Shown here: positions 8,693 through 18,906 of the stretch, one piece after another
Layout: each line of letters begins with the position of its first letter
Numbering within the stretch: the stretch's first letter is position 1
Origin: Bdellovibrionota bacterium FG-1
Lineage (GTDB): Bacteria > Bdellovibrionota > UBA1018
DNA: 52,714 nucleotides
NCBI GenBank assembly: GCA_051382295.1
Contig: JBBCAW010000115.1
Coordinates: 1 to 52,714, forward strand
Direction of reading: 5' to 3'
Notes under the pieces: model-generated
Databases searched by the model: none
What the model saw: only the letters and a program-made list of their open reading frames with translations
What the model was told of the DNA's origin: nothing
Program-made: the position numbers and the translations under genes

Positions 8693-9646
8693 TCACTGCG
8701 GTTTTTTTGCAGTGGTCCAAAGTGCTTCGATTTTTTTAGCGAGGCTATCTTGGGTGACTGGTTTGACAAGATAGGCATTCACTCCCGCGGCGATAGCGGC
8801 TCTCACGTGGTCTCCATCTTGTTCGGTCGTAAAAATAATGACCCGCATGGCTTTGGATTTGTCAAAACCCCGGACCTGTTTCAGGAGTTCAAGACCGGAC
8901 ATTTTTGGCATGTTCCAGTCGGATAAAAGCAAGTCAAAAGGCTTGTTCATGTTGATGGCACCCTGAATGCCGAGCCAGGCCGCCTCTCCGTTGGTGGCTT
9001 CAATAATGTCATTCAGACCCATAGCGTTTAAAAATCTGACCACGCTTTTTCGGATCAGCGCGCTATCATCGGCTACCAAAATTCGAATATCGGAGGGAAG
9101 GCTGAGTTCGCATACTTGAGGCGCAAAAAAAGAAAACTCCCCATGAAAGACCCCATGCGGGGTGGTAAAGGGAATCGCGATGACCGCTTGACTGCTTAAC
9201 AGGGTTGGATTCATGCTGACCCCGGAAAAATAGACCGGGAATGCCGGCTCAACCACCAGCTCTTGTGATTTCATTTCCGAGGCCACCAAAGTCATCAGAT
9301 CCTGGGCCCATCTGGTCAAGCCCTCGGGCGGGCCGGAGGCAGGATCATAATCCACCTTTTGGGTCAGCTTCCAAAAAATTTGTTTAAAAATCTCGTTCTT
9401 AAAACTAAAGACCGCCAAGCCTTTGGCGGCTTTTCCTCCGAACTGTGCTACCACGGACACCTCCGCCGGGGGTAAACCGTCTAACTTGCGATGCCCGGGT
9501 TTTCCGGCGGTGGCCTCGACTCCGGCCCCCTCTCGCAAGAGCAGAATCGTGCTCCTGATCATCGTTTTGATGAACTGATCACTAGGAGCAAGAGGAGGAA
9601 GAGCAGAGGGAGTGGCGACAGAGGGGGCGGGGCTTTCATCGGTCAT
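8693..9646 (-). CDS. CheX-like domain fused to a CheY-like receiver
   Basis: N-terminal CheX-like pattern (..IAIPFTTPHG); C-terminal ILVADD, LLLSDWNMP, T and KP receiver motifs. Confidence 0.8.
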   Translation of the reverse strand: MTDESPAPSVATPSALPPLAPSDQFIKTMIRSTILLLREGAGVEATAGKPGHRKLDGLPPAEVSVVAQFGGKAAKGLAVFSFKNEIFKQIFWKLTQKVDYDPASGPPEGLTRWAQDLMTLVASEMKSQELVVEPAFPVYFSGVSMNPTLLSSQAVIAIPFTTPHGVFHGEFSFFAPQVCELSLPSDIRILVADDSALIRKSVVRFLNAMGLNDIIEATNGEAAWLGIQGAINMNKPFDLLLSDWNMPKMSGLELLKQVRGFDKSKAMRVIIFTTEQDGDHVRAAIAAGVNAYLVKPVTQDSLAKKIEALWTTAKKPQ

Positions 9647-9761
9647 ATGTACCTCGGGAGGGTAATTATGAAATTACACCTCTGTTTTTTCTTTTTCGCA
9701 AGGCTTCAGTTTGAGTGGGTCTAAGCCGACAAAACTATAAGCGTAATGGGCGAAAAGTAAA

Positions 9762-11942
9762 ATGACGGTGGAAGATGAAGGCCTGCTGAATAACATATCC
9801 GAGAATCTGATTCGGTCCCTTTCTGTTTTACTCGAAGACCCCGGATTGCTCGACAAAATTCAAAGCGAGTCCAAACAACTGACTAACAATGCAGCCAATA
9901 TCGCATCAGCAGGGGAGGAGATGGGCGCAACGATTGTTTCAATTGGTCAGAATGTACAAAATACCATTAAGGCCTCCAGTGCTGCAAAAAATCTCGCAAG
10001 CGAGGGTTCCGACGTCATTGATCGAACTTTGACAAAAATTAACGAGGTCGATGAAATTCTTACAAGCACCTCTTTGGCCTTGCAGGCGCTCTTGAAAACC
10101 ACGGAACAGGCCGGACGGAGTGTTAAGGTCGTCAGTGATATTTCGTCGAAAACGGATTTATTAGCGCTCAACGCCTCGATCGAGGCCGCTCGCGCGGGTT
10201 CTGCTGGAAAAGGGTTTGCCGTGGTGGCCCAAGAGGTAGGTCGACTTTCGGAAAAAACTCAAACCTCTATCAGTGAAATTGAAACGATTCTACGGAATAT
10301 CCCGGAAAATGTGAATGAAGTTTCTCAACGTCTTGAAAAAGGCGTGGGCACCGCCAAAAACTCAGTGAAAGAGGCGGCTCAGGCCAAACACAGCATTGCG
10401 GAAATTGTTAAACTCATTAATTCGGTTGATAACGAAGTATCGAATATCGGCGAGGCCATTCGAGACCAAGGTACGGCGATTACCAATATTGCGGTCAACA
10501 TCGATTATATTGAAGATCGAATTCGGGACGAAAACACGATCATACGTGGAGGGACGTTGAATTCGGCCCCGCCGCCTGCGCCGGATTTGGAGGTCGTGGT
10601 GGCGAAGGCCGTTGAGGTGCCTGTTGCCCCGACCAGTATCACGGCCCCCCTCCCGATTCAAAAAAGGTCGACCGAAGTGGAGAAACCTCAGCAGGCGTTA
10701 GCTGAGGTATTGCGCATTCCCTTACCGTTAGTTTCAGGTGCGTTGAATAATATTTGGGAAATATTTTTGATTCGGAATCAAATCGGTTATTTGTTCGACC
10801 AAGAACGTCCCATGTTGAAGGAGCGAACGGAGTTTTTGCAATCCTGGGAATTCTTGGATACGGCGCTCAAGCGGAATGTTTCGGAGCTTGAGAATGCCTT
10901 AATGGCGATGCGGCTAAATAATCTAAAACCCCTTTATGGCCGAATGGAAAAGTTGGTCCGTTCATACCTAGACGAACACAAAGAGAAAAAAGTCGAATTT
11001 TTGACCGCCGGTGAGTCGATGGAGCTCGATAAGAAGGTGATTGACGTTTTGGGAGAGCCCCTGATTCACTTGATTAGAAACTCCCTTGATCATGGGATAG
11101 AAACCGCGGACATGCGAGTGAAGCTTGGAAAGCCTCCGTGTGGAACCCTTCGATTATCCACGGAGCTACAGGCCGATCAGGTTTTGGTTAAGATTCAGGA
11201 TGATGGCAACGGAATCGATGGGGCTAAACTGATCGAAAAGGCACGAGGCAAAAAGATCGACGTCACGCCCTATCTTCAGGGGATCTCGCCGGTGGAAATT
11301 ATTTTCCTGCCTGGGTTTTCTACGGCCGAGAAAGTGACCGACGTTTCCGGCCGGGGAATCGGTATGGATGCTGTCCGTCATTCCGTGGGCGAACTGGGTG
11401 GATCGATCGAGATAGATACGGAAGTCGGTATGGGTACAACTTTTTCGATTTATTTACCGCTGAGCCTTTCGGTTGTTCCAGCGGCTTTGTTTCGGGTCAA
11501 TTCGGAGATTTTTGGTGCGCACATTAATTCGGTATTAGAGGTCTGTCGAGTGCGTAAGGAGGAGCTTAAGCAGAGTAATGGTCAGACCTATTTTCTTTTT
11601 TGAGATGAGTTTATTCTTTGCTATGATCTTCGCGACTATTTGTTGGTCAATGCCCGTAAACCAGAGGTCATTTTGGCGGAAGCTGAAATATCCCTTTTTG
11701 TGGTTCGGAGTCGGAAGGAGTTTTTTGCTCTGCGGGTGGATGCGATCGTTAGCAATACGGAGGTGGTCGTCAAACAGTGGCCCGCGCTGTTACCGAAGGT
11801 AGAGTTTATGTTGGGAATGTCTATTCTCCCCACCGGAAAAGCGGTCTTTGTTTTATCTCTGAATCAATTGGTGGATTCGATTCACCTTGGGCAGATGAGG
11901 GTAGAGCGACTCAACCGCGAGAACGATCATGTCGCAGCTTAG
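9762..11942 (+). pseudogene. cheA: MCP signalling domain fused to CheA (P3-P4-P5), no Hpt domain, in-frame TGA at 11601-11603
   Basis: [24 protein letters not shown] (MCP); [28 protein letters not shown] (CheA). After YFLF* the same frame continues DEFILCYDLR... into the P5 domain (ORF 11640-11942). Confidence 0.85.
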
Positions 11943-12447
11943 AACGATTTTTGGTGAGCAGAATCAAAAGTTGGCCGCCAGGGAGCGATCGGCGGCGGAT
12001 CAGGAAGAGCTGGTTACGCTCCTGTCTTTTATGATTCAAGATTCTGTATTTGCAGTCCCTCTTCATTGTGTTCGAGAGATCGTAGAAGGTGTTCAGATTA
12101 CCCTGTTGCCCGTGCCATGCGACCCTTATATTGCGGTTCTGAACCTACGGGGAACCCTGGTACCTATTCTTGCACAGATCGTCGTAAATCCTCGGGTTAA
12201 AGAAGATGTTTTGGGTGAACAAAAGCAGAGGCGGTATGTCATTTTTGAAACTGAGTCAAAACAACCTTTTGCTTTAGAGGGGACCCGTTTCAGGCGACTT
12301 GAATTTGAGCCGAGCCGTATCCCAGGGGGAGTTCAGCCGTTTTTGACTGTCATCGCAAATGCTGGCGAGCCCATTCAATTGATTAATTATCATGGTCCAG
12401 AGGGGTGCGCCTTGCTGGCGAGCATGCCAAGGGGCCCCCATTCATGA
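11929..12447 (+). CDS. cheW: CheW
   Basis: FAVPLHCVREI...LNLRGTLVPI. Confidence 0.85.
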   Translation: MSQLRTIFGEQNQKLAARERSAADQEELVTLLSFMIQDSVFAVPLHCVREIVEGVQITLLPVPCDPYIAVLNLRGTLVPILAQIVVNPRVKEDVLGEQKQRRYVIFETESKQPFALEGTRFRRLEFEPSRIPGGVQPFLTVIANAGEPIQLINYHGPEGCALLASMPRGPHS

Positions 12448-13337
12448 GCGATGAGATCAGTAATTTTTTGGAATTCAGTATTTTTCTTCCGAGTGAAAGG
12501 CAGGTGACTTTTGCCCTGAATGTTCACAAAATTCGAGAGGTGTTAGAGTGGAAAAGCCTCACGCAGGTTCCTGATCAGCTTCGACCGTTTATTGGCGTGT
12601 TGGACCTCCGTGGAGTTCCCGTTCCCGTGCTCGATCTCACCCTTCAGGTTACGGGAAAGTTGACTGATGTCGGAGGCATTTCCAGGCCTCGGATCTTGAT
12701 TTGTGAGTCAATGAATCACTTAGTAGGGATACTTGTTCCTAAGACATCTCGTTTAACCGGTTATTTGGATCAGGAAGTCCGTCCGGCTCCGAAGGAGTTA
12801 GCGGGTCACGATCGAATTCCGACCACGGGGATATTACGGCATGGAGATGGCGGCTTTGTCTTTTTATTGGATATCGAAGGTTTATTGGGAAGGTTTTCGC
12901 CTCAAGAGGAAATGAAGCAATCCTCTATAATGGGTTCACCTTATTTAGGGAAGAGCGTCCTTATCGTTGAGGACTCCGTTATTTTTCAGAAGCGGCTCAT
13001 GCAGGTTTTTGGTTCACTTGGGTTCAAGACCGAAATTGCGGAGAATGGGCAAGACGGACTTGAAAGGGTACGAAGGAGAAGGGATGAAAACGAGAGCCCC
13101 TTTGACCTTATTTTTACCGATATTGAGATGCCGTTGCTGAATGGTTTTGAGATGGCCAAACTGATTAAGGCTGACGCCAAAATTAAGCATATTCCTATCA
13201 TTTTTTGTTCGAGTATTTCTAATCCTGTTTTGATTCAGGAGATCGAGAAGTTACAACTTGGAAGTTATGTGGTCAAGTTCGAGGGAGATGTGATTGCTCA
13301 GATGGTTCAGCGAGTATTTCAGATGCCAATCCAGTAA
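12444..13337 (+). CDS. cheV: CheV (CheW+REC)
   Basis: FALNVHKIREV, LDLRGVPVPV, then VLIVEDS...TDIEMP; ATG 12444 overlaps the cheW stop. Confidence 0.9.
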   Translation: MSDEISNFLEFSIFLPSERQVTFALNVHKIREVLEWKSLTQVPDQLRPFIGVLDLRGVPVPVLDLTLQVTGKLTDVGGISRPRILICESMNHLVGILVPKTSRLTGYLDQEVRPAPKELAGHDRIPTTGILRHGDGGFVFLLDIEGLLGRFSPQEEMKQSSIMGSPYLGKSVLIVEDSVIFQKRLMQVFGSLGFKTEIAENGQDGLERVRRRRDENESPFDLIFTDIEMPLLNGFEMAKLIKADAKIKHIPIIFCSSISNPVLIQEIEKLQLGSYVVKFEGDVIAQMVQRVFQMPIQ

Positions 13338-15033
13338 CCGTGCTTGAAATGTCGCGGTGTTTTGCTAGGTGTTTGGGCGTCCGCGAGTGCTGAATGCGGT
13401 GGACGAAATGATAACGAGCGATGTGATAACTGGGGTCGAAACCATAGAAGTTGAGATTCATTTGTTCCATCTCGTGCGCCCGAAAAGCGGCTAATGGTTT
13501 TTTTTCAAAATCTTCGCGTTGTGAGATGTTTTTATTTTCAATTTTATTTGTGAATTCTGGATCCTGCGAAAATGTTTGGGCACGCTTTAGGGTTTCTTGT
13601 CGAAATGCATGATGACTATCTCCAAAATGAGCATCGATGAGGCCCAGTTGCATCGCCGCAAGGGTATCCAAGGGGAGTTGTGCCTCCATGATGACGTGTG
13701 CATTTTTATTCCCCACTCTTCTTGGAAGTGAATAGGTCCAATACTCCGAGCCATAGAGATTGCCCATGGATTTATAATGGGGGTTAAGGACAATGCCGGG
13801 TCGGGCAAAGACAAAGTCGGAGGCGAGGGCGAGAAAAACACCGCCAGCCCCGGCGTTTCCTTGCAGGGCGGAAACGGTGATGACATGGGTGGCCGTGAGA
13901 ATGGTTTCTGCGAGATCGTTCATGGCTTGTACATTGTGCCAGGATTCGTCGGCGGGGCTTTTGGAGGATTCGATTGAATGTAAATGAATGCCGTTGGACC
14001 AGAAATCCTCGGACCCGAAAAGCACGAGTACTCGGATATCCGTTTTCAATGCGTCGATAATGGCGTTGCGAAGGTCCACGCATTGCTCCGTACTCATCGC
14101 GCCATTGTAAAATTCAAATTCCAGAATTCCGACTAAGTCTTTTTGGGTGAAGCTGATTTGCCGAGGACCTTGGATCTGTGGCAATGGGGTGAGGGATGAG
14201 TGCAATACTTGATGGGCCGGAAGTTTCAGGGGAAGTGGATTTTCAGGCGAAGCTTTTTCTTTCAGATGAGTAATCCATACCGCTCCATCGGTCGTTGCAA
14301 TTAAAACCCCGCGAGGACTCCACCCTAAAACAGCGCCCGGACTCTTGGGCTCAAAATATTTTAAATTTTGTGCCGGCATCCCATTAAATAGAAAAACATT
14401 TCTTCCTAAAAGGGTGTCTAATACTCCGGGGGAGCCGTCGGCGGAGTTCAGTTTTCTCAAAACGTCTTGAGTGGTGTCTTGTTCCCAATGGATTTTGCGA
14501 TCGGCTTGGGTCATCGGGGGGCGAGGTTTTCCTCGCACGTTTGGGTCATTGTAGTTGAGTGGTTCGGGTCGATAGGTTTTCGAGCTAAAACGATCGATCG
14601 CAGTTAAGATTGCTTTTACCGCAGCGGTCGTTACTTCATGCCGATAAAGACTGCTTTTTCTCGTCCTTCGCATGGCAAATATTTCTTCAGCCCAGATATC
14701 TCCAGCGTCCATTTCCGCATTAGCTTGGAGTACGGTGACCCCCCATTGAAGCTCTTGATTCAGGATCGCCCAATCCAGCGAGGAGGGGCCGCGATCGCCC
14801 CGTATGCCGGGATGGATAATAAAACACGGGATTTTTGTCCAAACCGAGGCAGGAATCGCGCGTTTTAAATAGGGCGCGATGATGAGAGCGGGCTGAAAAA
14901 GCGACACAGCTTGTTCCGTCATTTCGTCGTGAATGTCGAATTCGATCGATAGTTCATGCCCTCTTCGCGTGAGCTCCAGATAGAGGCGTTGAGCAAGACT
15001 GTTAAAGGAATGGGTGAGCAGCAGGATACGCAT
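13273..15033 (-). CDS. hypX: Hydrogenase maturation factor HoxX/HypX
   Basis: N-terminal formyltransferase domain (HPGIRGDRGPSSLDWA, EMDAGDIW) plus enoyl-CoA hydratase-like domain (FYNGAMST, GNLYGSEYWTY). Confidence 0.95.
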   Translation of the reverse strand: MRILLLTHSFNSLAQRLYLELTRRGHELSIEFDIHDEMTEQAVSLFQPALIIAPYLKRAIPASVWTKIPCFIIHPGIRGDRGPSSLDWAILNQELQWGVTVLQANAEMDAGDIWAEEIFAMRRTRKSSLYRHEVTTAAVKAILTAIDRFSSKTYRPEPLNYNDPNVRGKPRPPMTQADRKIHWEQDTTQDVLRKLNSADGSPGVLDTLLGRNVFLFNGMPAQNLKYFEPKSPGAVLGWSPRGVLIATTDGAVWITHLKEKASPENPLPLKLPAHQVLHSSLTPLPQIQGPRQISFTQKDLVGILEFEFYNGAMSTEQCVDLRNAIIDALKTDIRVLVLFGSEDFWSNGIHLHSIESSKSPADESWHNVQAMNDLAETILTATHVITVSALQGNAGAGGVFLALASDFVFARPGIVLNPHYKSMGNLYGSEYWTYSLPRRVGNKNAHVIMEAQLPLDTLAAMQLGLIDAHFGDSHHAFRQETLKRAQTFSQDPEFTNKIENKNISQREDFEKKPLAAFRAHEMEQMNLNFYGFDPSYHIARYHFVHRIQHSRTPKHLAKHRDISSTVTGLASEILAEPSEQSHLPRT

Positions 15034-16166
15034 TAAAGGGCGGTTCCTTTGGTGATAGGGCCGAATCGATAATAAGCACCACAGGCGCCTTCAGAAGAAA
15101 CCATGCAAGAGCCAATGGGGTTATCGGGAGTGCAGACCTTCCCAAAAAGTTTACAATCCAGCGGTTTTTTGAGTCCGCGGACGATACTGCCACACTCACA
15201 GGCTTTGGGGTCGGGGACCTCGTAAACCTTGAGGCCAAAGCGAACTTCAGCGTCGTAGGTGGCATATTTTTCTTTTATTTTGAGTCCGCTATACGGAAGG
15301 TTCCCAAGACCTCGCCATTCAAAGGTGCGCTTGAGTTCGAAAACTTCGGCAACATTTTGTTGGGCGATGAGATTACCGGTGCGGGTAACCACGCGGGTAA
15401 ATTGATTTTCAACGCAGGCTCTGTGGTCATTGAGTTGCTCGATGAGCATCAGAATGGCTTGAAGCAGATCGAGCGGCTCAAAGCCGGCGATGACGACGGG
15501 TTTTTGGTACGTTTGCGAAAAATATTCAAAAGGCTGGGTGCCGATGATGGCACTGACATGCGCGGGGCCTATAAAACCATCCAACTTGAGAACGCCTAGG
15601 TTTCGGACCTCGGGTGATTCGAGGATGCTGGAAATTGCCGCTGGGGTGACGAGGTGGTTGCAATAGATCGAAAAGTTCCTGAGTCCTCGGCGATGAGCCT
15701 CCTGCAAGATCACGGCAGTGGCGGGCGTAGTGGTTTCAAAACCAATGGCGAAAAAAACCACTTCACGTGTTGGATTGTCCTGCGCGATGGCGAGAGCATC
15801 AGAGCACGAATACACCATTCGGATGTCCGAACCTTGGGCGCGAGTTTTCAGCAGGCTTTGACGGTGGGAGGCCGGCACTCTCATGACATCCCCATAGGTC
15901 ACAAAAATAACCTCGGGGCGCTTGGCCAGTTCAATGGCCCCATCCAAACGTCCAATAGGCAGCACGCAAACCGGACAGCCTGGGCCGTGAACCATTTTGA
16001 TAGAGGGAGGAAGAAGGTCGATCAAGCTATAACGAAACAGTGCATAGGTGTGGCCGCCGCAAAACTCCATGAGATGGTATTCGCGGTCAGGTTTTACTGC
16101 CTCATGAATGCGGTGCGACAGGGCGCTGGCAACACGTTGGTCTCGAAACTCCTCAATGTATTTCAT
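15033..16166 (-). CDS. hypD: Hydrogenase maturation protein HypD
   Basis: MEFCGGHT, GPGCPVC, GFETT, CMVSSEGAC. Confidence 0.97.
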   Translation of the reverse strand: MKYIEEFRDQRVASALSHRIHEAVKPDREYHLMEFCGGHTYALFRYSLIDLLPPSIKMVHGPGCPVCVLPIGRLDGAIELAKRPEVIFVTYGDVMRVPASHRQSLLKTRAQGSDIRMVYSCSDALAIAQDNPTREVVFFAIGFETTTPATAVILQEAHRRGLRNFSIYCNHLVTPAAISSILESPEVRNLGVLKLDGFIGPAHVSAIIGTQPFEYFSQTYQKPVVIAGFEPLDLLQAILMLIEQLNDHRACVENQFTRVVTRTGNLIAQQNVAEVFELKRTFEWRGLGNLPYSGLKIKEKYATYDAEVRFGLKVYEVPDPKACECGSIVRGLKKPLDCKLFGKVCTPDNPIGSCMVSSEGACGAYYRFGPITKGTAL

Positions 16167-16334
16167 TGTCTTGGTTTTGAAGCCTAACCCACCCCTGAGC
16201 GGGCTTGCAATGTTTCGTATGTCTGTGGATTAAATGTTGACTCAAAGTGTACACAGTTGTGACACGGAGTCAGAGGGGTAGTTTGACTTTGACGTCACTC
16301 TTTTTGGCCCTTACGCTTATTTTGGGGGGCTTCG

Positions 16335-17327
16335 ATGGCCGAAAAGCCGAAACTGAGTATGTATTGGGCCGCAGGGTGCGGAGGTAGCGAAGTTGCCTTG
16401 GTGAACATCAACGAAAAAATTCTTGATGTGGATGCGAACTTTGATTTTATGTTTTGCCCCTGTCTTTTGGACACCAAGATTAAAGACGTGGAAGCGCTTC
16501 CTGATGGTGCGATTTTAATTACACTTTTCAATGGCGCGCTCCGGACCGAAGAAAACCGGGAGATGGCTCATCTTCTTCGGAAGAAATCAAAAATCTTAAT
16601 TGCTTTTGGTTCTTGCGCGTCCGAGGGCTGCATTCCCGCGCTTGGTAATTTGGCGCCATCCGACACGCGTTTTAAGTTGATCTATCAAGAGCTTCCATCG
16701 TGCGATAATAAAAATGGTATTTTTCCGCAAGCAGTAACCCAAGTTCCGGAGGGTACGCTCACTCTTCCGGTTTTTTTGGATCGGGTGAAAACCTTGGCCG
16801 AAGAGGTGGATGTCGATTATTTTATTCCAGGTTGTCCTCCTGAGCCCCATCAGATTTGGAATGTCATTGAGTATGTGATTTCAGGTAAACCTCTTCCACC
16901 CAAGGGCAGTGTCTTGGGGGCAGGAAAGTCCACGGTTTGCAACGAATGCAGCCGCGTTAAGAATGACAAAAAGATCAAGAAATTTAAGCGCACCTACGAG
17001 TTTACCCCCGATCGCGAGCAATGCTTGCTTGAGCAGGGGCTGATCTGCATGGGCATTGCCACTCGTGATGGTTGCGGGGGCCTTTGTCCCAAGGTGAATA
17101 TGCCGTGCACTGGCTGTTATGGTCCTTCTGATGGCGTAGAAGATCAGGGCGCGAAGATGATCGCTGCGTTGGGATCCGTGATCGACCTCGACGAGATCAA
17201 AACGATGTCCGAGACGGACATTAATAAACGTCTGGATGAAATAATCAAAGACATTCCCGACATCGCGGGAACCTTTTATCGCTACAGCTTGGCCGGCTCG
17301 CTCGTGAAGGGCAGGACTCCATCATGA
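16335..17327 (+). CDS. mvhG: Group 3 (F420-non-reducing, MvhG-like) NiFe hydrogenase small subunit
   Basis: WAAGCGGSE, GSCA, PGCPP, VCNEC, CLLEQGLICMG, C..VNMPCTGCYGP. The second Cys of the first CxxC motif is Ser. Confidence 0.88.
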   Translation: MAEKPKLSMYWAAGCGGSEVALVNINEKILDVDANFDFMFCPCLLDTKIKDVEALPDGAILITLFNGALRTEENREMAHLLRKKSKILIAFGSCASEGCIPALGNLAPSDTRFKLIYQELPSCDNKNGIFPQAVTQVPEGTLTLPVFLDRVKTLAEEVDVDYFIPGCPPEPHQIWNVIEYVISGKPLPPKGSVLGAGKSTVCNECSRVKNDKKIKKFKRTYEFTPDREQCLLEQGLICMGIATRDGCGGLCPKVNMPCTGCYGPSDGVEDQGAKMIAALGSVIDLDEIKTMSETDINKRLDEIIKDIPDIAGTFYRYSLAGSLVKGRTPS

Positions 17328-17479
17328 AAAAAATATCCATTGATCCCGTCACTCGTCTTGAAGGTCATGGCAAAATCGAGATCTTCCTCAATGATGAGGG
17401 GGACGTGGCCAACACTTATTTTCAAGTGCCGGAACTCCGGGGTTTTGAACACTTTTGTGTGGGACGCTTGGCTGAAGAT
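17324..17479 (+). pseudogene. mvhA: 5' fragment of NiFe hydrogenase large subunit (MvhA-like)
   Basis: IDPVTRLEGHGKI...ELRGFEHFCVGRLAED, ending just before the L1 RxCxxC motif. Confidence 0.9.
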
Positions 17480-17642
17480 AACCGTGATGTCGGTGAAGAT
17501 GAAGCCTAGGGACATTTTGGAAGTGCTGGCGGATTGCCCGACTTTTGAAAAGGATGTTAGGGACTGGGTAACACGCTCGAAAAAGGTATTGCTGGTCATG
17601 AAGGACGAGGGAACCGCCAAGAAGTGCCAGATTCAGTTTTAG
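17472..17642 (+). pseudogene. tusA: 3' fragment of a TusA/SirA sulfur carrier
   Basis: LKITVMSVKMKPRDILEVLADCPTFEKDVRDW...; the N-terminal CPxP motif is missing. Confidence 0.7.
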
Positions 17643-17648
17643 GCTGCT

Positions 17649-18695
17649 TTAGCAAATTCTGGGAAGCATTTCCCCGGAGAGCATGTCCAGAATACGACTA
17701 CCGCCCACCTGGGTTCGAAGAAGCACTTTCCCAGGTGTTTGCTGGGTGATGCGTCCCACAATCGAAGTTTCCCGGCCGATCGGAAACTCCTTCAGTGCGT
17801 CGCACACTCGAGTGGCATAGGCCTCCGGCACGACGAGCACCAACTTTCCTTCATTGGCGAGATAGAGCGGATCAAAACCCAAAAGCTCACATGCGCCTTT
17901 AACCTCATTTTTTAAAGGGATTTTGGCTTCAAAAAGTTCAAGCCCCACCGGTTGGCCCACTTGTCCGACAACAAATTCATTGAGCGTCGTGGCCAGCCCG
18001 CCGCGGGTGGGGTCTCGCATGTTCCGAATGTCTGGACAAACCGCTAGCGCGGCTTTCACGAGTGGAAATACCTGCGCGCAATCACTTTGAAGATCAGTCT
18101 TAAAGTCGATTCCTTTTCTTTTGGAGTACACGGCAATTCCATGATCGCCGAGGCTTCCACTCAAAATCACCGCGTCTCCTTCTTCAAAAATGGGCGGTTT
18201 GGTTTTAAGATGGGGGGAGCCCTCGAGGAGGACGCCAATTCCGGAAGTGTTGATAAAAAGCCCATCGGCCGCACCTTTTTCAACCACTTTTGTGTCGCCC
18301 GTGACGATGCGAACCCCGCCCTCCTGCGCGGCCTGAGCCATCGAGGCGACCACTCGCTTTAATTCTGAAAGGGGAAATCCCTCCTCGATAATGAAGCCTA
18401 CGCTGAGATAAAGCGGACGCGCACCCATGACCGCCAAGTCGTTGAGCGTGCCGGTGACCGAAAGTTTCCCAATGTCTCCGCCCGGAAAAAAAAGCGGGGT
18501 TACGACGTGCGAATCCGTGGTGAAAACGAGGCGATCCTGTGCTCCAAACGGGGCTAAACACGCTGAATCCGCCATCTCTCTGAGTTCCGGAGAATCAAAG
18601 GCGGGCAAAAAAACCTTGGAAATCAGCTCGTGCGTGAGTTTACCGCCGTTTCCATGAGCTAGGGTGACGGTGGGTTGATCGTTATTCATGGGCAT
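17649..18695 (-). CDS. hypE: Hydrogenase maturation protein HypE
   Basis: LAHGNGG, TTDS, GDTKVV, RDPTRGG, C-terminal PRIC. Confidence 0.97.
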   Translation of the reverse strand: MPMNNDQPTVTLAHGNGGKLTHELISKVFLPAFDSPELREMADSACLAPFGAQDRLVFTTDSHVVTPLFFPGGDIGKLSVTGTLNDLAVMGARPLYLSVGFIIEEGFPLSELKRVVASMAQAAQEGGVRIVTGDTKVVEKGAADGLFINTSGIGVLLEGSPHLKTKPPIFEEGDAVILSGSLGDHGIAVYSKRKGIDFKTDLQSDCAQVFPLVKAALAVCPDIRNMRDPTRGGLATTLNEFVVGQVGQPVGLELFEAKIPLKNEVKGACELLGFDPLYLANEGKLVLVVPEAYATRVCDALKEFPIGRETSIVGRITQQTPGKVLLRTQVGGSRILDMLSGEMLPRIC

Positions 18696-18906
18696 GGCTT
18701 TCTATTTCTCTGAAAAGTGCGAGCGTCTTTTTGGCCTCGTCTTCATTCATCATGGAGATCGCAAAACCTGCATGCACCACTACATATTGCCCCACTGAAA
18801 CAGGACCCACGAGCGATAGATCGGCATTTCTCATGACTCCTCCCACTTCGAGAGTCCCTTGGGTGCCACGAATCTCCAGAATTTTCATCGGTATTGCCAA
18901 ACACAT
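18682..18906 (-). CDS. hypC: HypC/HupF chaperone
   Basis: MCLAIP...VVVHAGFA. Confidence 0.97.
   Translation of the reverse strand: MCLAIPMKILEIRGTQGTLEVGGVMRNADLSLVGPVSVGQYVVVHAGFAISMMNEDEAKKTLALFREIESHAHE

Noticed and set aside
11601..11603. Selenocysteine or genetic-code reassignment of TGA
   Set aside because: The position corresponds to Arg rather than Cys, no SECIS is evident, and many genes here end in TGA.
13273..13337. Convergent cheV/hypX overlap as a regulatory feature
   Set aside because: It involves only a low-information C-terminal tail, which is common between convergent genes.
17340..17642. 100-aa ORF as a genuine gene
   Set aside because: The first half is an alternate frame of mvhA; only the 3' half is TusA-like.
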